64,000 nucleotides of DNA from Candidatus Magasanikiibacteriota bacterium (GCA_016193335.1 JACPSK010000008.1:1589-65588), one strand, 5' to 3'. Shown: positions 47,541 through 57,584, counted from the first letter of the stretch. Notes: generated by a model from the sequence alone, not told the origin. Translations and numbers: made by a program.

Positions 47541-48332
47541 CTAATACAAACCTGACTTAAGCGAAGCCCAATCCGGTATGGCATATTCCTGATGGTACAC
47601 CGCGAATTCATACACCAGTTTGTGTATATTCTCAGCCTCTTTTGCGGGAATATCATAGAGAGCGATAAGAGCCCATTGCTCTTTTAGAAGAGCTTGCAAA
47701 TGGCTTAGTTCTTTTAGCCCGCACACGAATATTTGTTCATGTATCCTCTCTTTCCCGATACGACACTGATTGCAGACAAGACCGCCGCCGGCGCAATAGA
47801 AGCCCGGCAGAAAAGCCTTTCCTCTGTCCTGCCCGGACAGATTCTCTCGAATCATGTCTTGAAAGGGTTTGGAACAGATCACGCAAGAATCCAAAACAGG
47901 CCTAAACCCAAGCCGAGAACACAAGGCCAAAACAAAAGCGTCCATCAATGAGACCCTAATTTCAGTGCTGCTCGAATTCACAAAATACAGCCAAGAACAA
48001 AGCAACTCAAACAAAACGCCGTCAGGATCACGGGGTTTTACGAATGTATTGAAAATGGACAAGACCCGCCGCACAACAAAGGCTTTTTTAAAATCAGATC
48101 GAATACCGGAAAAATATTCAAGCGGCTGAACTTTGATAAGATGATCTATTCCTTTGCCCGGAGCAACTTCAATGGAAACCAAAGAAAAAGGCTCCAGATG
48201 CGCCGCGTGTTTCGCGGTGATTTTTTTTAACCCTCTCGCGAGAAGATCCAGACGGCCTTGCTCCTTGGAATATAAGGAAACGATCTGGTCGTATTCGCGG
48301 AAGTCTTTGCGCTGAAGTGTTAGGGCGAGCAT
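47541..48332 (-). CDS. recO: DNA repair protein RecO
   Basis: N-terminal OB fold and a C-terminal 4-Cys zinc motif (CVICSK...CAGGGLVCNQC). Confidence 0.75.
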   Translation of the reverse strand: MLALTLQRKDFREYDQIVSLYSKEQGRLDLLARGLKKITAKHAAHLEPFSLVSIEVAPGKGIDHLIKVQPLEYFSGIRSDFKKAFVVRRVLSIFNTFVKPRDPDGVLFELLCSWLYFVNSSSTEIRVSLMDAFVLALCSRLGFRPVLDSCVICSKPFQDMIRENLSGQDRGKAFLPGFYCAGGGLVCNQCRIGKERIHEQIFVCGLKELSHLQALLKEQWALIALYDIPAKEAENIHKLVYEFAVYHQEYAIPDWASLKSGLY

Positions 48333-48733
48333 AGTGTTTCCCTATACGCCTCCAATATCAGCATGGCAGCCTTCTCGTCCAAACTGGCATCTCCCCCCAT
48401 GCCTGCCGCTTCCTGAGAGGTAAATTCTTCTCCCACGAACTCCACGGGGACCTTCAATTCTTTTTTTAGTTCTTCGGCAAAGGCGCGAACGCGGCGAGTA
48501 TTATCATTTTCAGATCCATCCGGCCCAAAGGGCAGGCCGAACACCATCATTCCGATGTTTTCGTCTTTTATTATTCTCAATAATTGAGCCTTGATGCTTT
48601 CCCGCGGCTTCAGGCCCGGTTTGAATTTTGAATCTTCTTCTATAATTCCAAAAGGCAAAACCACATCCAAGCCCTTCTGCAACCAGGCCAAACCGCATTT
48701 TTTTGTACCAAAGTCTATCCCCAAGATATTCAT
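48320..48733 (-). CDS. ruvX: putative pre-16S rRNA nuclease / Holliday-junction resolvase-like YqgF (RuvX)
   Basis: MNILGIDFGTKKCGLA with RNase H-like fold motifs. Overlaps recO by 13 nt. Confidence 0.8.
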   Translation of the reverse strand: MNILGIDFGTKKCGLAWLQKGLDVVLPFGIIEEDSKFKPGLKPRESIKAQLLRIIKDENIGMMVFGLPFGPDGSENDNTRRVRAFAEELKKELKVPVEFVGEEFTSQEAAGMGGDASLDEKAAMLILEAYRETLCSP

Positions 48734-50475
48734 ATGTGTGTATTTTTTTTCAAAATAAGATCTTTATTGATAGATCCTTTCCGTTCGCTTCTCCAATCAA
48801 GATGAAGAGATATTTCTCTCGTCTCAAAGCCTTTTTTTTCAAAACGTAAGATAAAATCCCCCACCGCCGCCGGGAAAAAATACCTGCCAAACAGATCGCT
48901 CACCTGATACTCCACCAATTTATGGTACTCTTTGCCAAACAAAGAGACAAGCACGCCTTTGAGAGGTTTTTTCTTTTCATTATATATGGTACCAAAGCGT
49001 TTGTGCTTCTTAAAAGCCAAACGCATGAAAAGCAAAAGAAACAAAACCTGCAAACACAAAAGAAAAAACATCCAAAATTTTTGAATAAAAAGCAAAGACA
49101 CAAGAGAAAATACAGGAGCAAAAAAAGCCAAGATCAAACTGAGACGATACTTCCATTTATTCCACACAAAACGCCGCGCTGAAACCTGAACACCGGCAGG
49201 ATCAACCGGAATATGCTTGTCTATCACTTGATCTTTTTTCTTTATTGTCAAAGACTCCCCAAAATACCAATCGTTTCCGGCTCCCAAGCCACGGGAAGAG
49301 GGAAAGGAAAATCCCAGTTTACTCACCTCTACGCGGTAAGTCCCCGGCTTGGGCAAAAATAAATAAGATCCTCTTCTGCCGGTAACCATGCTTGCGAGAA
49401 CTTTTTTGTGTTTATCATCGAGCAAGCGGACAATACTCAAATCCAATGGCTGGTCTGTGCAAGCATTAAACACCCTCCCCCAAGATTTATATTTTCTCCG
49501 AGCAAAAAGGAGCAGAGGCTGTGTGAGTAAAAATTGAAAGTACAAAACTACATTATACGCGCCGGCAGACAGCGGAACCGCCAAGGCAGAGGCCGCGGTC
49601 AAGACAGAACTGCTACGTTTGATAATGCAGTGTTCCAAATAAGACTGTGCCCTCTCGCCCGGAGAACCAAAAAGCATCTCTCCCGCTGAATTCAAACCCA
49701 AACTCTTAACCGTCTCTTGGCTGCAGTCGTTTATGATGGCCGTTGTTTTGTGCAGGCGAGAAGTCTTTTCAAAACCCTGTTTTTGATAACAATCTGCCAC
49801 TGCCCGCGAAAAAGCCGAAGAATCAGTATAAAAAAGAGGATAAAGAGGCTCCATGCAGGATATAAGCAAAACAACGGCGTTTGGATCGCGCAAAAAGTCC
49901 GCATAATCCAAAGCCGCGTTGGCAATGCTTTCTTTTACCGCGGGGATGTCAAAAATGTTGTCAAAACGTTGGGTGCTATAACACGTGGAAACATCCTGCG
50001 CGTATAGATCAAGCGTCTCGCCTTTGGCGCAAGCCTCCTGCCGGCTTGCATATTCATCATAGGCTATCAGCCCCATTCCCTTGTATGCCTCCAGATCGCG
50101 CAAACAGACTGAAACCCGCTCGTTATTATCATTCCCCGCCTGCCGCAAACAGGCGGAAAGTTCACGGTAAGACTCCGGCTCTGTGTCCGAAGCGGCCCCG
50201 CGCAAATACGCGGGCATAATATTTTCGGTTTCTGTCTTCTTATAACATTTTTTTAAATCCGCGTAATAAGCACTTTTCAAAGAATCCAAAAATTCTTCTT
50301 GGGAAGAAAAACCCTCAGAACTTTTTTCAAGACTGCCATTAAAAGAAGCCGTAACTTTATCTGTGCACGCGACAAGTTCCTCGTAGTCTGCCGACCGGGC
50401 AAAGCCGGGATACAACAGAAGCAAACAAATAAATCCTAAAATAAAAACTTTGAACTGAGTCGCGTGAAAAAACAT
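48730..50475 (-). CDS. secreted/membrane protein with two carboxypeptidase-regulatory-like beta-sandwich modules flanking a TM hairpin
   Basis: Signal peptide and a Cys-containing helical N-domain. Two modules of the CarboxypepD_reg kind (GRRGSYLFLPKPGTYRVEVSKLGF and GRYFFPAAVGDFILRFEKKGF) are separated by two hydrophobic helices. Confidence 0.45.
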   Translation of the reverse strand: MFFHATQFKVFILGFICLLLLYPGFARSADYEELVACTDKVTASFNGSLEKSSEGFSSQEEFLDSLKSAYYADLKKCYKKTETENIMPAYLRGAASDTEPESYRELSACLRQAGNDNNERVSVCLRDLEAYKGMGLIAYDEYASRQEACAKGETLDLYAQDVSTCYSTQRFDNIFDIPAVKESIANAALDYADFLRDPNAVVLLISCMEPLYPLFYTDSSAFSRAVADCYQKQGFEKTSRLHKTTAIINDCSQETVKSLGLNSAGEMLFGSPGERAQSYLEHCIIKRSSSVLTAASALAVPLSAGAYNVVLYFQFLLTQPLLLFARRKYKSWGRVFNACTDQPLDLSIVRLLDDKHKKVLASMVTGRRGSYLFLPKPGTYRVEVSKLGFSFPSSRGLGAGNDWYFGESLTIKKKDQVIDKHIPVDPAGVQVSARRFVWNKWKYRLSLILAFFAPVFSLVSLLFIQKFWMFFLLCLQVLFLLLFMRLAFKKHKRFGTIYNEKKKPLKGVLVSLFGKEYHKLVEYQVSDLFGRYFFPAAVGDFILRFEKKGFETREISLHLDWRSERKGSINKDLILKKNTHI

Positions 50476-50505
50476 ACGAGCAAACGAATTGAATTAGAAC
50501 CTATC

Positions 50506-50757
50506 TCAAAAATAATTTTGAGCCAATTTCAAATCAGTTTTGAGCGAAAAAAATGAAGATTGAGGAGCCATAATGGTATTATGACGAGGAAAGCTGAACT
50601 TTTTAGAGCCAAAACTGGTTGAAAATGGGCCATGAATTATTTTTGAGATAGGTTCTAGGAAAATTTTTTTTCTTTTTTCTGTAGAGAAATCGTCTGGACG
50701 CTTGATTTCATAGCCAAAAAAACCATGATCTAAAATATATATTGCAAAAAATATCAA
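50506..50757 (-). CDS. hypothetical small ORF downstream of map (doubtful)
   Basis: 83 aa with a TTG start and 4-nt overlap with the map stop. No recognisable motif. Confidence 0.2.
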   Translation of the reverse strand: MIFFAIYILDHGFFGYEIKRPDDFSTEKRKKIFLEPISKIIHGPFSTSFGSKKFSFPRHNTIMAPQSSFFSLKTDLKLAQNYF

Positions 50758-51566
50758 AAACGATCTGAAGGCCGCTCGGTGGCGACTATGGGCCCTTGAG
50801 CGGTAAGAGCTATCGTGTGTTCAAAATGAGCGCTCAAACTCCGGTCTGAGCTCAAAATGGTCCAGCCGTCGGGAGCAGTCTCTACGTCTTCATCTCCCAT
50901 GGTGATCATGGGCTCTATGGCAATAACCATTCCAAGCCTGCATTTCCACCGTTCCAAAGCCCTGTCATAAAAATTGGGAACCCGAGGTTCTTCATGGAGC
51001 GCGTAGCCTACCCCATGGCCCACCAAATCGCGAACAATTCCATAACCCTGAGGCTTGATATATGATTCAATGGTACGGCCGATAGCGGCTATGCTGGCGC
51101 CAACCTTTATCTCGGATATGCCTTTGTACAAAGCTTCGCGCGTAGCACGGATAAGATCGGCTTTCTCTTTTGAAATAGAGCCAATGCCAAGCGTGAGAGC
51201 AGTATCAGTTATAAATCCATTACCATTATGGCCTTCTCCGCTCTTCCTCGGATATTCCATCCCGATATCTATGGAAAATAAATCTCCTTCTGAAAAAATT
51301 TTGTCTTTTCTCGGAATGCCATGAACTACTTCTTCATTGAGCGAAGCACAGATAGTGGAAGGAAAGGGAGTATCGCCGGGCTGGCTTCTATATCCTTTGA
51401 AAGCGGGCAAACCGCCCGCCTTGCGAATAAACTGTTCCGCTTTTTTGTCTATTTCCCAAGCCGAAACTCCGGGCTGAACCATAGCCGCCAATTTTTCGAG
51501 AATACTTCCGAGAATACGGCCCCCTTCTATAATAAGCGCCATCTCATGTTCGGTTTTGATGTACAT
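50754..51566 (-). CDS. map: methionine aminopeptidase type I
   Basis: Metal ligands in context (DLFSIDIG, HGVGYALHEEP, EPMIT). ATG at 51566 is preferred over the TTG at 51602. Confidence 0.85.
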   Translation of the reverse strand: MYIKTEHEMALIIEGGRILGSILEKLAAMVQPGVSAWEIDKKAEQFIRKAGGLPAFKGYRSQPGDTPFPSTICASLNEEVVHGIPRKDKIFSEGDLFSIDIGMEYPRKSGEGHNGNGFITDTALTLGIGSISKEKADLIRATREALYKGISEIKVGASIAAIGRTIESYIKPQGYGIVRDLVGHGVGYALHEEPRVPNFYDRALERWKCRLGMVIAIEPMITMGDEDVETAPDGWTILSSDRSLSAHFEHTIALTAQGPIVATERPSDRF

Positions 51567-51655
51567 ACATTCCATCGATAAAGCCCCGATGATTTGAAAC
51601 AAAGTTAGGATACTTGCTTTCCCTGTCGCGTCGGAATCAAAGGCTTAATTAATTT

Positions 51656-52324
51656 TTAACTCACTCGTCTGAGTACATCCAATATCACTTGATCCACATC
51701 AGTAATGGCCTCTTCACCATCTAAAACATGCAAAACGCCCAAGGCTTGATAATAAGCCGCGATGGGAGCTATGGCCGTATTGCCTTGCTCGAGAATACGT
51801 CTTTGCACGCTTTCCGGACTGTCGTCATGCCTCACCACCAAAGAAGCCCCGCATTCGGGACAGGATTTCTTTTGTTCATTCTCAGGCGAATACGGAAGTA
51901 TAAATCCGCAGGATTCGCATATTTTGCGTTTGGTCAAGCGTTTGAAACTGGTCTCATCTGAAATTTTCAGTTCTATAACCAAGACCTGATCCCCCATTTT
52001 CTTTTCTTCAAAAAAAGCTTGGTAGCGTTTGGCTTGTTCCACAGAACGGATGGCTCCATCCAAGACAACCCCGTTCCCTTGATCCACATAAAAACCTATG
52101 GCGCGAAAGGCCAGCTTATAAATAAGCTCATCTGCCACCAAGCTCCCCCGTTTCATGGCTTCGAGCTCTTTCTTTTCTTCCGGGTCAGCCTGCGGATTTT
52201 TATCCAAGGCACGCAAAAGATCGCCGGTGGAAATATGCCCGTATCCAAACATGTCAACGAGAATCCTGGACTGAGTTCCCTTCCCGCTTCCCGGAGCGCC
52301 AAGGAGAATAATTATTTTTTTCAT
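51656..52324 (-). CDS. adk: adenylate kinase with zinc-binding lid
   Basis: GAPGSGKGTQ P-loop and a lid CESCG...CPECG. Confidence 0.9.
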   Translation of the reverse strand: MKKIIILLGAPGSGKGTQSRILVDMFGYGHISTGDLLRALDKNPQADPEEKKELEAMKRGSLVADELIYKLAFRAIGFYVDQGNGVVLDGAIRSVEQAKRYQAFFEEKKMGDQVLVIELKISDETSFKRLTKRKICESCGFILPYSPENEQKKSCPECGASLVVRHDDSPESVQRRILEQGNTAIAPIAAYYQALGVLHVLDGEEAITDVDQVILDVLRRVS

Positions 52325-52327
52325 AAG

Positions 52328-52633
52328 TCAGGAAAAATGTTCTCCAAAATATTCTTCAAAATTCTTCATAAGAGATTTTTTGTCCGCGATACTTATTTTT
52401 CTGGAATTGTACAAGTGTTGTAAAACATTATAGATCTGTCTCAAAGAGATAGTGCCATCGCCGTGGCGAGCTTTTAAAATTTCTTCCTCCACCAAGGTCT
52501 CTTCCGCGGCATCCAAAGTAATGTTTCTATGATGAGAAATCAAAAGCCGCAATTCCCGTTCGGGCAAAGGCTTTTGGCCTATAGAATACTTATATTTTTG
52601 ACTTCCGCCGAAAATACCGCTAAAAATGGACAT
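52328..52633 (-). CDS. hypothetical 101-aa protein inserted between secY and adk
   Basis: ATG start, 3-nt gap to adk, no recognisable motif. Confidence 0.35.
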   Translation of the reverse strand: MSIFSGIFGGSQKYKYSIGQKPLPERELRLLISHHRNITLDAAEETLVEEEILKARHGDGTISLRQIYNVLQHLYNSRKISIADKKSLMKNFEEYFGEHFS

Positions 52634-52791
52634 ATAAAATCAAAATTTGATACCACTAGAATAACATGGCCTTAGACTGTTTACAAGCCAAAATATGGCA
52701 AAGAACAACTCAACAAACAAAAATTTAGGAACTTCTTTGCGGCAGGCCTCACACATACTGATTTTTTCCCCCCTATGAATCAAGGGCAAAC

Positions 52792-52886
52792 CCCAACAGG
52801 ACACATCGCTTTAGAAAGTCTGCGGAGTCAGCCCGCTTCGCTCTCGCACTCGTCCTCGACTTTCTAAAGCGATGTGTCCTGTTGGG
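52792..52886. repeat. 95-bp element with 29-bp perfect terminal inverted repeats (MITE-like, or a long RNA hairpin)
   Basis: CCCAACAGGACACATCGCTTTAGAAAGTC (52792-52820) and its exact reverse complement (52858-52886) flank a 37-nt core TGCGGAGTCAGCCCGCTTCGCTCTCGCACTCGTCCTC. Confidence 0.55.
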
Positions 52887-52916
52887 ATAAAAGCAATGAG
52901 TTACTCATAAAAATAA

Positions 52917-52941
52917 AATCCGTCTCTTTGAGAGACGGATT
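52917..52941 (-). terminator. intrinsic terminator of secY
   Basis: Minus-strand AATCCGTCTC-TCAAA-GAGACGGATT followed by TTATTTTTA. Confidence 0.5.
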
Positions 52942-52997
52942 TCTAATGCATTTGAATTTAAGAAGTGCCCTGAAAAAAAGGACTTGATATCTTATAT

Positions 52998-54269
52998 CTA
53001 TACTTTGTCGTATTGATACATGGTCAGCTGGGCTTCGATTTGTTTGGCGGTTTCTATGCAAACGCTCACGACGATAAGTAAACTAACCCCTCCAACAACC
53101 AAATTCTGAGAACCGGTAATCCAGCGGGCTATGAGAGGTAAAACCGCGATGCCTGCCAGAAACAAAGCTCCGGAGAGCAAAAGTCGAGTCATGGTGTTTG
53201 CCAGATACTCTTCCGTCTGTTTGCCAGGGCGAATGCCGGGAATAAAAGCGCCTTGACGCTGAAGATTCTCGGCCATTTTTTGGGGGTTAAAAATAACCGC
53301 GGTATAAAAATAAGTAAAGCCGAAAACAAGGACAAAATAAATGATGCCGTAAAATAATTGATTATTGAATAGGGCCACGGTAAATTGAGCCGCGCGCGCT
53401 ATAAGCCCTGTTCCTGAGACGAAAAATTGGGCGATGAGAGGCGGAAATAAGACAACTGAAATCGCGAATATAATAGGAATAACGCCGGCCATATTCACGC
53501 GCAAAGGCAAGTGACTTTTCACTCCACCAAAGCTGCGGCCGCCCCGAACCTGTTTGGCATAACTGATGGGTATATTCCTCTGTCCTTCGGTGATAACCAC
53601 CACTCCGACGATGGTGACTACTGAAAGCAGGACAAAAAGAAGATAGGTATAAAATTGAGAAGAATTATAATTGACGACGGCATTCTGAATTGCCGTTGGG
53701 AAAGAAGAAATAATGGCCGAGAAGATAAGCAGAGAAATTCCATTTCCAATTCCCCGCTCTGTCACAAGCTCCCCGATCCACATCAAAAATACGGTCCCTG
53801 CGGTTACAGTAAGCATAATCGAAACAAATTGAAACGCAGATAAAGCTCCTATGATACCCAACTGAGAATTGCCAAGCAACTTTATCATCCCAAAAGATTG
53901 GAGCAGTGCCAAGGGAACCGTAGCCAAGCGAGTGTACATGTTGATTTTTTGCTGTCCAGATTCGCCCTCTTTCTGAAGTTCCTCGAAACTTGGAACTACT
54001 TTACCCAACAATTGAAAAATAATTGACGAAGTTATATAGGGAGCCACGCCCATAAGGACCACGGAAAAATTCTCCAAAGTGCCGCCTGAAAATAAATTCA
54101 AAAGGCCGAGAGCCTGATTACTATTAAAAAAATTTTGCAAATTGGCCACGTTCACTCCGGGGACCGGTATATGAGCGGCGGCGCGAAAAATAACCAGCAT
54201 GCCTAAAACAAACAATATGTTGTTGCGCAATGCTTTTATGTTCCAAATTCGTAATACTTTTTCCCACAT
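52998..54269 (-). CDS. secY: preprotein translocase subunit SecY
   Basis: Ten TM helices with GGTLENFSVVLMGVAPYITSSIIFQLL. Confidence 0.9.
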   Translation of the reverse strand: MWEKVLRIWNIKALRNNILFVLGMLVIFRAAAHIPVPGVNVANLQNFFNSNQALGLLNLFSGGTLENFSVVLMGVAPYITSSIIFQLLGKVVPSFEELQKEGESGQQKINMYTRLATVPLALLQSFGMIKLLGNSQLGIIGALSAFQFVSIMLTVTAGTVFLMWIGELVTERGIGNGISLLIFSAIISSFPTAIQNAVVNYNSSQFYTYLLFVLLSVVTIVGVVVITEGQRNIPISYAKQVRGGRSFGGVKSHLPLRVNMAGVIPIIFAISVVLFPPLIAQFFVSGTGLIARAAQFTVALFNNQLFYGIIYFVLVFGFTYFYTAVIFNPQKMAENLQRQGAFIPGIRPGKQTEEYLANTMTRLLLSGALFLAGIAVLPLIARWITGSQNLVVGGVSLLIVVSVCIETAKQIEAQLTMYQYDKV

Positions 54270-54296
54270 AAAAAGTGGAGGCTAGGTGACTGAAAT

Positions 54297-54740
54297 CTAA
54301 AAGCTGAGGGAGCCGCCAGCCTTTTCTATAATCTCGGCGGCCTTCTTGCTCGCCGTGCAACCGTTAAAATTCAATTTCTTCGTCAAGGTTCCATTGGCCA
54401 ATATTTTTGCTCCTGAATCCAGACGAGAGATAAGACCCTTTTCTTTTAAGGCGTAAAGAGTAACAGTCTCAGAATCGGAAAACACCCGTTCAATGGAATT
54501 GAGCGATACATTTTGGGGCTTTGCTTTGAAACTCTTAAAACCTCGCAATTTGGGTACTTTTTGCAAACTCTGTTTAAAACCTTTTAATTGCAAACCACCA
54601 CTGCCTCCTGAACGGGCTTTTTGCCCTTTTAAACCGCGGGCCGAATATGTTCCTTTCCCGGAAGCGTTGCCTCGTCCTAGACGCTTGCCGGCTCTCTTTC
54701 TTCCAGTGCCAGATGAAATGCTGTGTGGGTCAAGTTTCAT
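54297..54740 (-). CDS. rplO: 50S ribosomal protein L15
   Basis: GRGNASGKGTYSARGLKGQKARSG. Confidence 0.9.
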   Translation of the reverse strand: MKLDPHSISSGTGRKRAGKRLGRGNASGKGTYSARGLKGQKARSGGSGGLQLKGFKQSLQKVPKLRGFKSFKAKPQNVSLNSIERVFSDSETVTLYALKEKGLISRLDSGAKILANGTLTKKLNFNGCTASKKAAEIIEKAGGSLSF

Positions 54741-55411
54741 ACATTTTTTTGTTCACTCTGTTTAGTCGCCTTCTTTGATTTTAATTTTTTTGGGTTCTCC
54801 ATGGCTACATCGCCTCCCGGCAATTCAGAAACACGGGTGTCTGTGGTCTTGTCTTTTTTCTCATCATTTAATTTTCCATCCGTCTTTTCCTTGCCTTGTT
54901 TTGTCCAAGCCTGCATTTTCCTTATCGCGGAAGGTTTGAATGACTGCAAAGCGGCAAAAGTGGCTTTAATGTTGGCGATTTTATTGTTTGATTTTCCCAG
55001 TATCTTGCCCGAGGCGTTGGGGACACCGGCGAATTCCAAAACCGTTCTGACCACGCTCCCTGCTATGATACCCGAACCTTTTGGCGCCGGCTTTAGCATA
55101 ACCTTCGCGGCTTTAAATTTGGATTCAACCCGGTGAGGAATGGTATCGTGGATGATAGGAACGACTATAATCTGTTTGCGCGCTTGGCTGACAGCTTTTT
55201 CCACGGCTATCTGTACGTCCTTTCCTTTTTGTGTTCCATATCCTACTCTGCCTTTCCGATCTCCAATAAGAACACAAGCCCGAAAACTCAGTTGCTTTCC
55301 GCCTTTGGTAACACGAGTTACACGAGCCAAATCAGCAATGTACTGATCAAATTCTGGTCGCTCTTTTTGCATTTGCTTTCTTTTTCTTCCGGCTGGTTTT
55401 CCCATAGTCAA
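54737..55411 (-). CDS. rpsE: 30S ribosomal protein S5 with N- and C-terminal extensions
   Basis: Core FRACVLIGDRKGRVGYGTQKGKDVQIAVEKA. A lysine-rich C-terminal tail. Overlaps rplO by 4 nt, with no L30 gene between them. Confidence 0.9.
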   Translation of the reverse strand: MTMGKPAGRKRKQMQKERPEFDQYIADLARVTRVTKGGKQLSFRACVLIGDRKGRVGYGTQKGKDVQIAVEKAVSQARKQIIVVPIIHDTIPHRVESKFKAAKVMLKPAPKGSGIIAGSVVRTVLEFAGVPNASGKILGKSNNKIANIKATFAALQSFKPSAIRKMQAWTKQGKEKTDGKLNDEKKDKTTDTRVSELPGGDVAMENPKKLKSKKATKQSEQKNV

Positions 55412-55413
55412 AA

Positions 55414-55797
55414 TTATAATGTTAATCCGCCGTCTCGCGCACCTTCGGCCACGGCTTTTACACGGCCATGATACAAATAGCCCGCTCTGTCGAAGACAGC
55501 ACAGCTAATGCCCAATGTTTGAGCCTTTTTTGCCAAAGAAAAACCAAGCCGGTAGGCAAGGGCTGTCTGCCCCTTTCGTTCGCCCGCGTCTGTCGAAGAA
55601 TCAAGGCCTGTTTTGGAGTGCAAACCCAGCATAGTCTTCCCGCTCGTATCATCGATAAGCTGAACATACATTCCTTTCAAGCTTCTGAACACGTTCAAAC
55701 GAGGGCGTTCTGGTCCGCCCACTATTCTGCTTCGCACGCGCGCTCGGCGTCTATTGCGCAGATTGACTTTTTGATCTGTTTTACGTTTACCGGCCAT
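55414..55797 (-). CDS. rplR: 50S ribosomal protein L18
   Basis: Position and C-terminal GYLYHGRVKAVAEGARDGGL. Confidence 0.85.
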   Translation of the reverse strand: MAGKRKTDQKVNLRNRRRARVRSRIVGGPERPRLNVFRSLKGMYVQLIDDTSGKTMLGLHSKTGLDSSTDAGERKGQTALAYRLGFSLAKKAQTLGISCAVFDRAGYLYHGRVKAVAEGARDGGLTL

Positions 55798-55824
55798 ATC
55801 ATGAGATAATTATGTTAGGATCTT

Positions 55825-56370
55825 CTATTCGCCTTTAGCGGCTGTTTTCCCGGCTTTTCTTCTAATAACTTCATCTACGTATTTTATACCTTTTCCTTTG
55901 TATGGTTCGGGCTTTCGTATGGCGCGAATTTTTGCCACCGTATCTCCCAAAAGCTCTTTGTCGGCTCCACGAACGGTAATTATATTTTTTTCAATCTGAG
56001 CCTGGATGCCAGAAGGAATCTTGAAAATAACCGGATGTGAAAAACCAACTTCAATTTTTAAATCTGTCCCTTGCATAGAAGCCCGATAGCCCACGCCATT
56101 GATTTCCAGCTTTTTTTCGAATCCCTTGTTCACTCCTTCTATCATATTCATGATATGAGAGGCAAAAGTGCCCCAAAGAGAACGTTCGCTTTTTTCTTCT
56201 TTTTCTTTTACGTCAACCGTAATATCAGAGCCAGCGACCTGTATCTGCACTTTTTCGTGAATCGTTCTTTGTAATTCTCCTTTCGGCCCCTTTATAGACA
56301 AAATAGAACCAGACAATTGGGCTGTGGTACCCTGGGGAATGTTTATTATTTGTTTACCGATACGAGACAT
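55825..56370 (-). CDS. rplF: 50S ribosomal protein L6
   Basis: MSRIGKQIINIPQGTTAQLSGSILSIKGPKGEL. Confidence 0.9.
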   Translation of the reverse strand: MSRIGKQIINIPQGTTAQLSGSILSIKGPKGELQRTIHEKVQIQVAGSDITVDVKEKEEKSERSLWGTFASHIMNMIEGVNKGFEKKLEINGVGYRASMQGTDLKIEVGFSHPVIFKIPSGIQAQIEKNIITVRGADKELLGDTVAKIRAIRKPEPYKGKGIKYVDEVIRRKAGKTAAKGE

Positions 56371-56404
56371 ATGGATAAAATTACTGAGGCCTAGATATTG
56401 AATT

Positions 56405-56797
56405 TTAGTAGACTGAACAAATTATTTCGCCGCCGACACCTTTTTCTTTGGCTTCACGGGCGGTCATAATGCCTTGACTGGTGGAGACAATAGAAATGCC
56501 GAATCCATTGAGCACCTTGGGAAGTTGTCCAAATCCCTTATAGACCCGATGGCCGGGTTTGCTTTCTCTTTTTATGGATTGTATGGCCGGTTGTTTGCTG
56601 TGATAAAGCAATTCTATGGAGAGAACGGATGACGGGGTTCCTTCTATTTTCTCGACCTTGCCGACATACTGCTCCTTTTTTAAGATCTCGGCTATGGCAA
56701 ATTTGACCTTTGAAAAAGGCATCTCTACGCGGGTCAACTTTGCCATCTGCGCGTTTCTTATTCTGGTGAGCATGTCTGCAATGGTATCGGTCATCAT
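56405..56797 (-). CDS. rpsH: 30S ribosomal protein S8
   Basis: MMTDTIADMLTRIRNA. ATG at 56797 is preferred over the longer track ORF. Confidence 0.9.
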   Translation of the reverse strand: MMTDTIADMLTRIRNAQMAKLTRVEMPFSKVKFAIAEILKKEQYVGKVEKIEGTPSSVLSIELLYHSKQPAIQSIKRESKPGHRVYKGFGQLPKVLNGFGISIVSTSQGIMTAREAKEKGVGGEIICSVY

Positions 56798-56822
56798 AAA
56801 TAGATAGTTTAGTTCAACGGTC

Positions 56823-57008
56823 TTACCAGCTTGATTTACGTATTCCCGGAACAAGGCCCGCATTGGCCAATTCCCGGAAACAAATCCGACATAAATTAAA
56901 TTTCCTCATGTAGGCTCGCTTACGCCCGCATTTCCAACAACGTCTCACTCGACGAGTGCTGTATTTTGGCTTTCTGCTTGACTTTGAAATTTGTGCCTGT
57001 GTTGCCAT
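56823..57008 (-). CDS. rpsZ: 30S ribosomal protein S14, Zn-binding type Z
   Basis: [46 protein letters not shown] (C-x2-C...C-x2-C). Confidence 0.9.
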   Translation of the reverse strand: MATQAQISKSSRKPKYSTRRVRRCWKCGRKRAYMRKFNLCRICFRELANAGLVPGIRKSSW

Positions 57009-57030
57009 ATTGATGAGGGTCCTCAAATTA

Positions 57031-57576
57031 TCATTTTTTAAAAGGAATGCCAATGGCTTGGAGCAGAGCCCTTGCTTCTTCTTTATTTTTCGCCGACGTG
57101 CAAATGCTTACCTCGATGCCGTGAAGCAAGTCGTTCGAATCAGCTCCCATTTCTGGAAAGGCGTAGCTCTCTTTGAACCCAATGGTGTAATTTCCGCCTC
57201 TGTCAAAGCTCTCTGGATTTAAACCTCTGAAATCTCTGACGCGCGGCAGGGTGAGATTAATCAATCTATACAAAAATTCATACATGTTTTTCCCTCTGAG
57301 AGTAACCGAAGCGCCGATTTCCATTCCCTGTCTGATTTTAAAATTTGAAATGGATTTCTTGGCTTTGTTGCGGATGGGTTTCTGCCCCGTAATGGCCGCG
57401 ATGGTTCTCTCCACGCCATCTACAACATTTTTATCTTTAGCCTGTCTGCCAAAACCAACATTGAGCACCACTTTTTTTACGCGAGGAACTTGCATGACAT
57501 TTTTATACGAAAATTGACGTTTCAGTTCTGGCTGAACGACTTCTTTGTACATTTTTTGTAGACTGCTCATTCGCAT
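57031..57576 (-). CDS. rplE: 50S ribosomal protein L5
   Basis: [36 protein letters not shown]. Confidence 0.9.
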   Translation of the reverse strand: MRMSSLQKMYKEVVQPELKRQFSYKNVMQVPRVKKVVLNVGFGRQAKDKNVVDGVERTIAAITGQKPIRNKAKKSISNFKIRQGMEIGASVTLRGKNMYEFLYRLINLTLPRVRDFRGLNPESFDRGGNYTIGFKESYAFPEMGADSNDLLHGIEVSICTSAKNKEEARALLQAIGIPFKK

Positions 57577-57584
57577 AGTATGAT

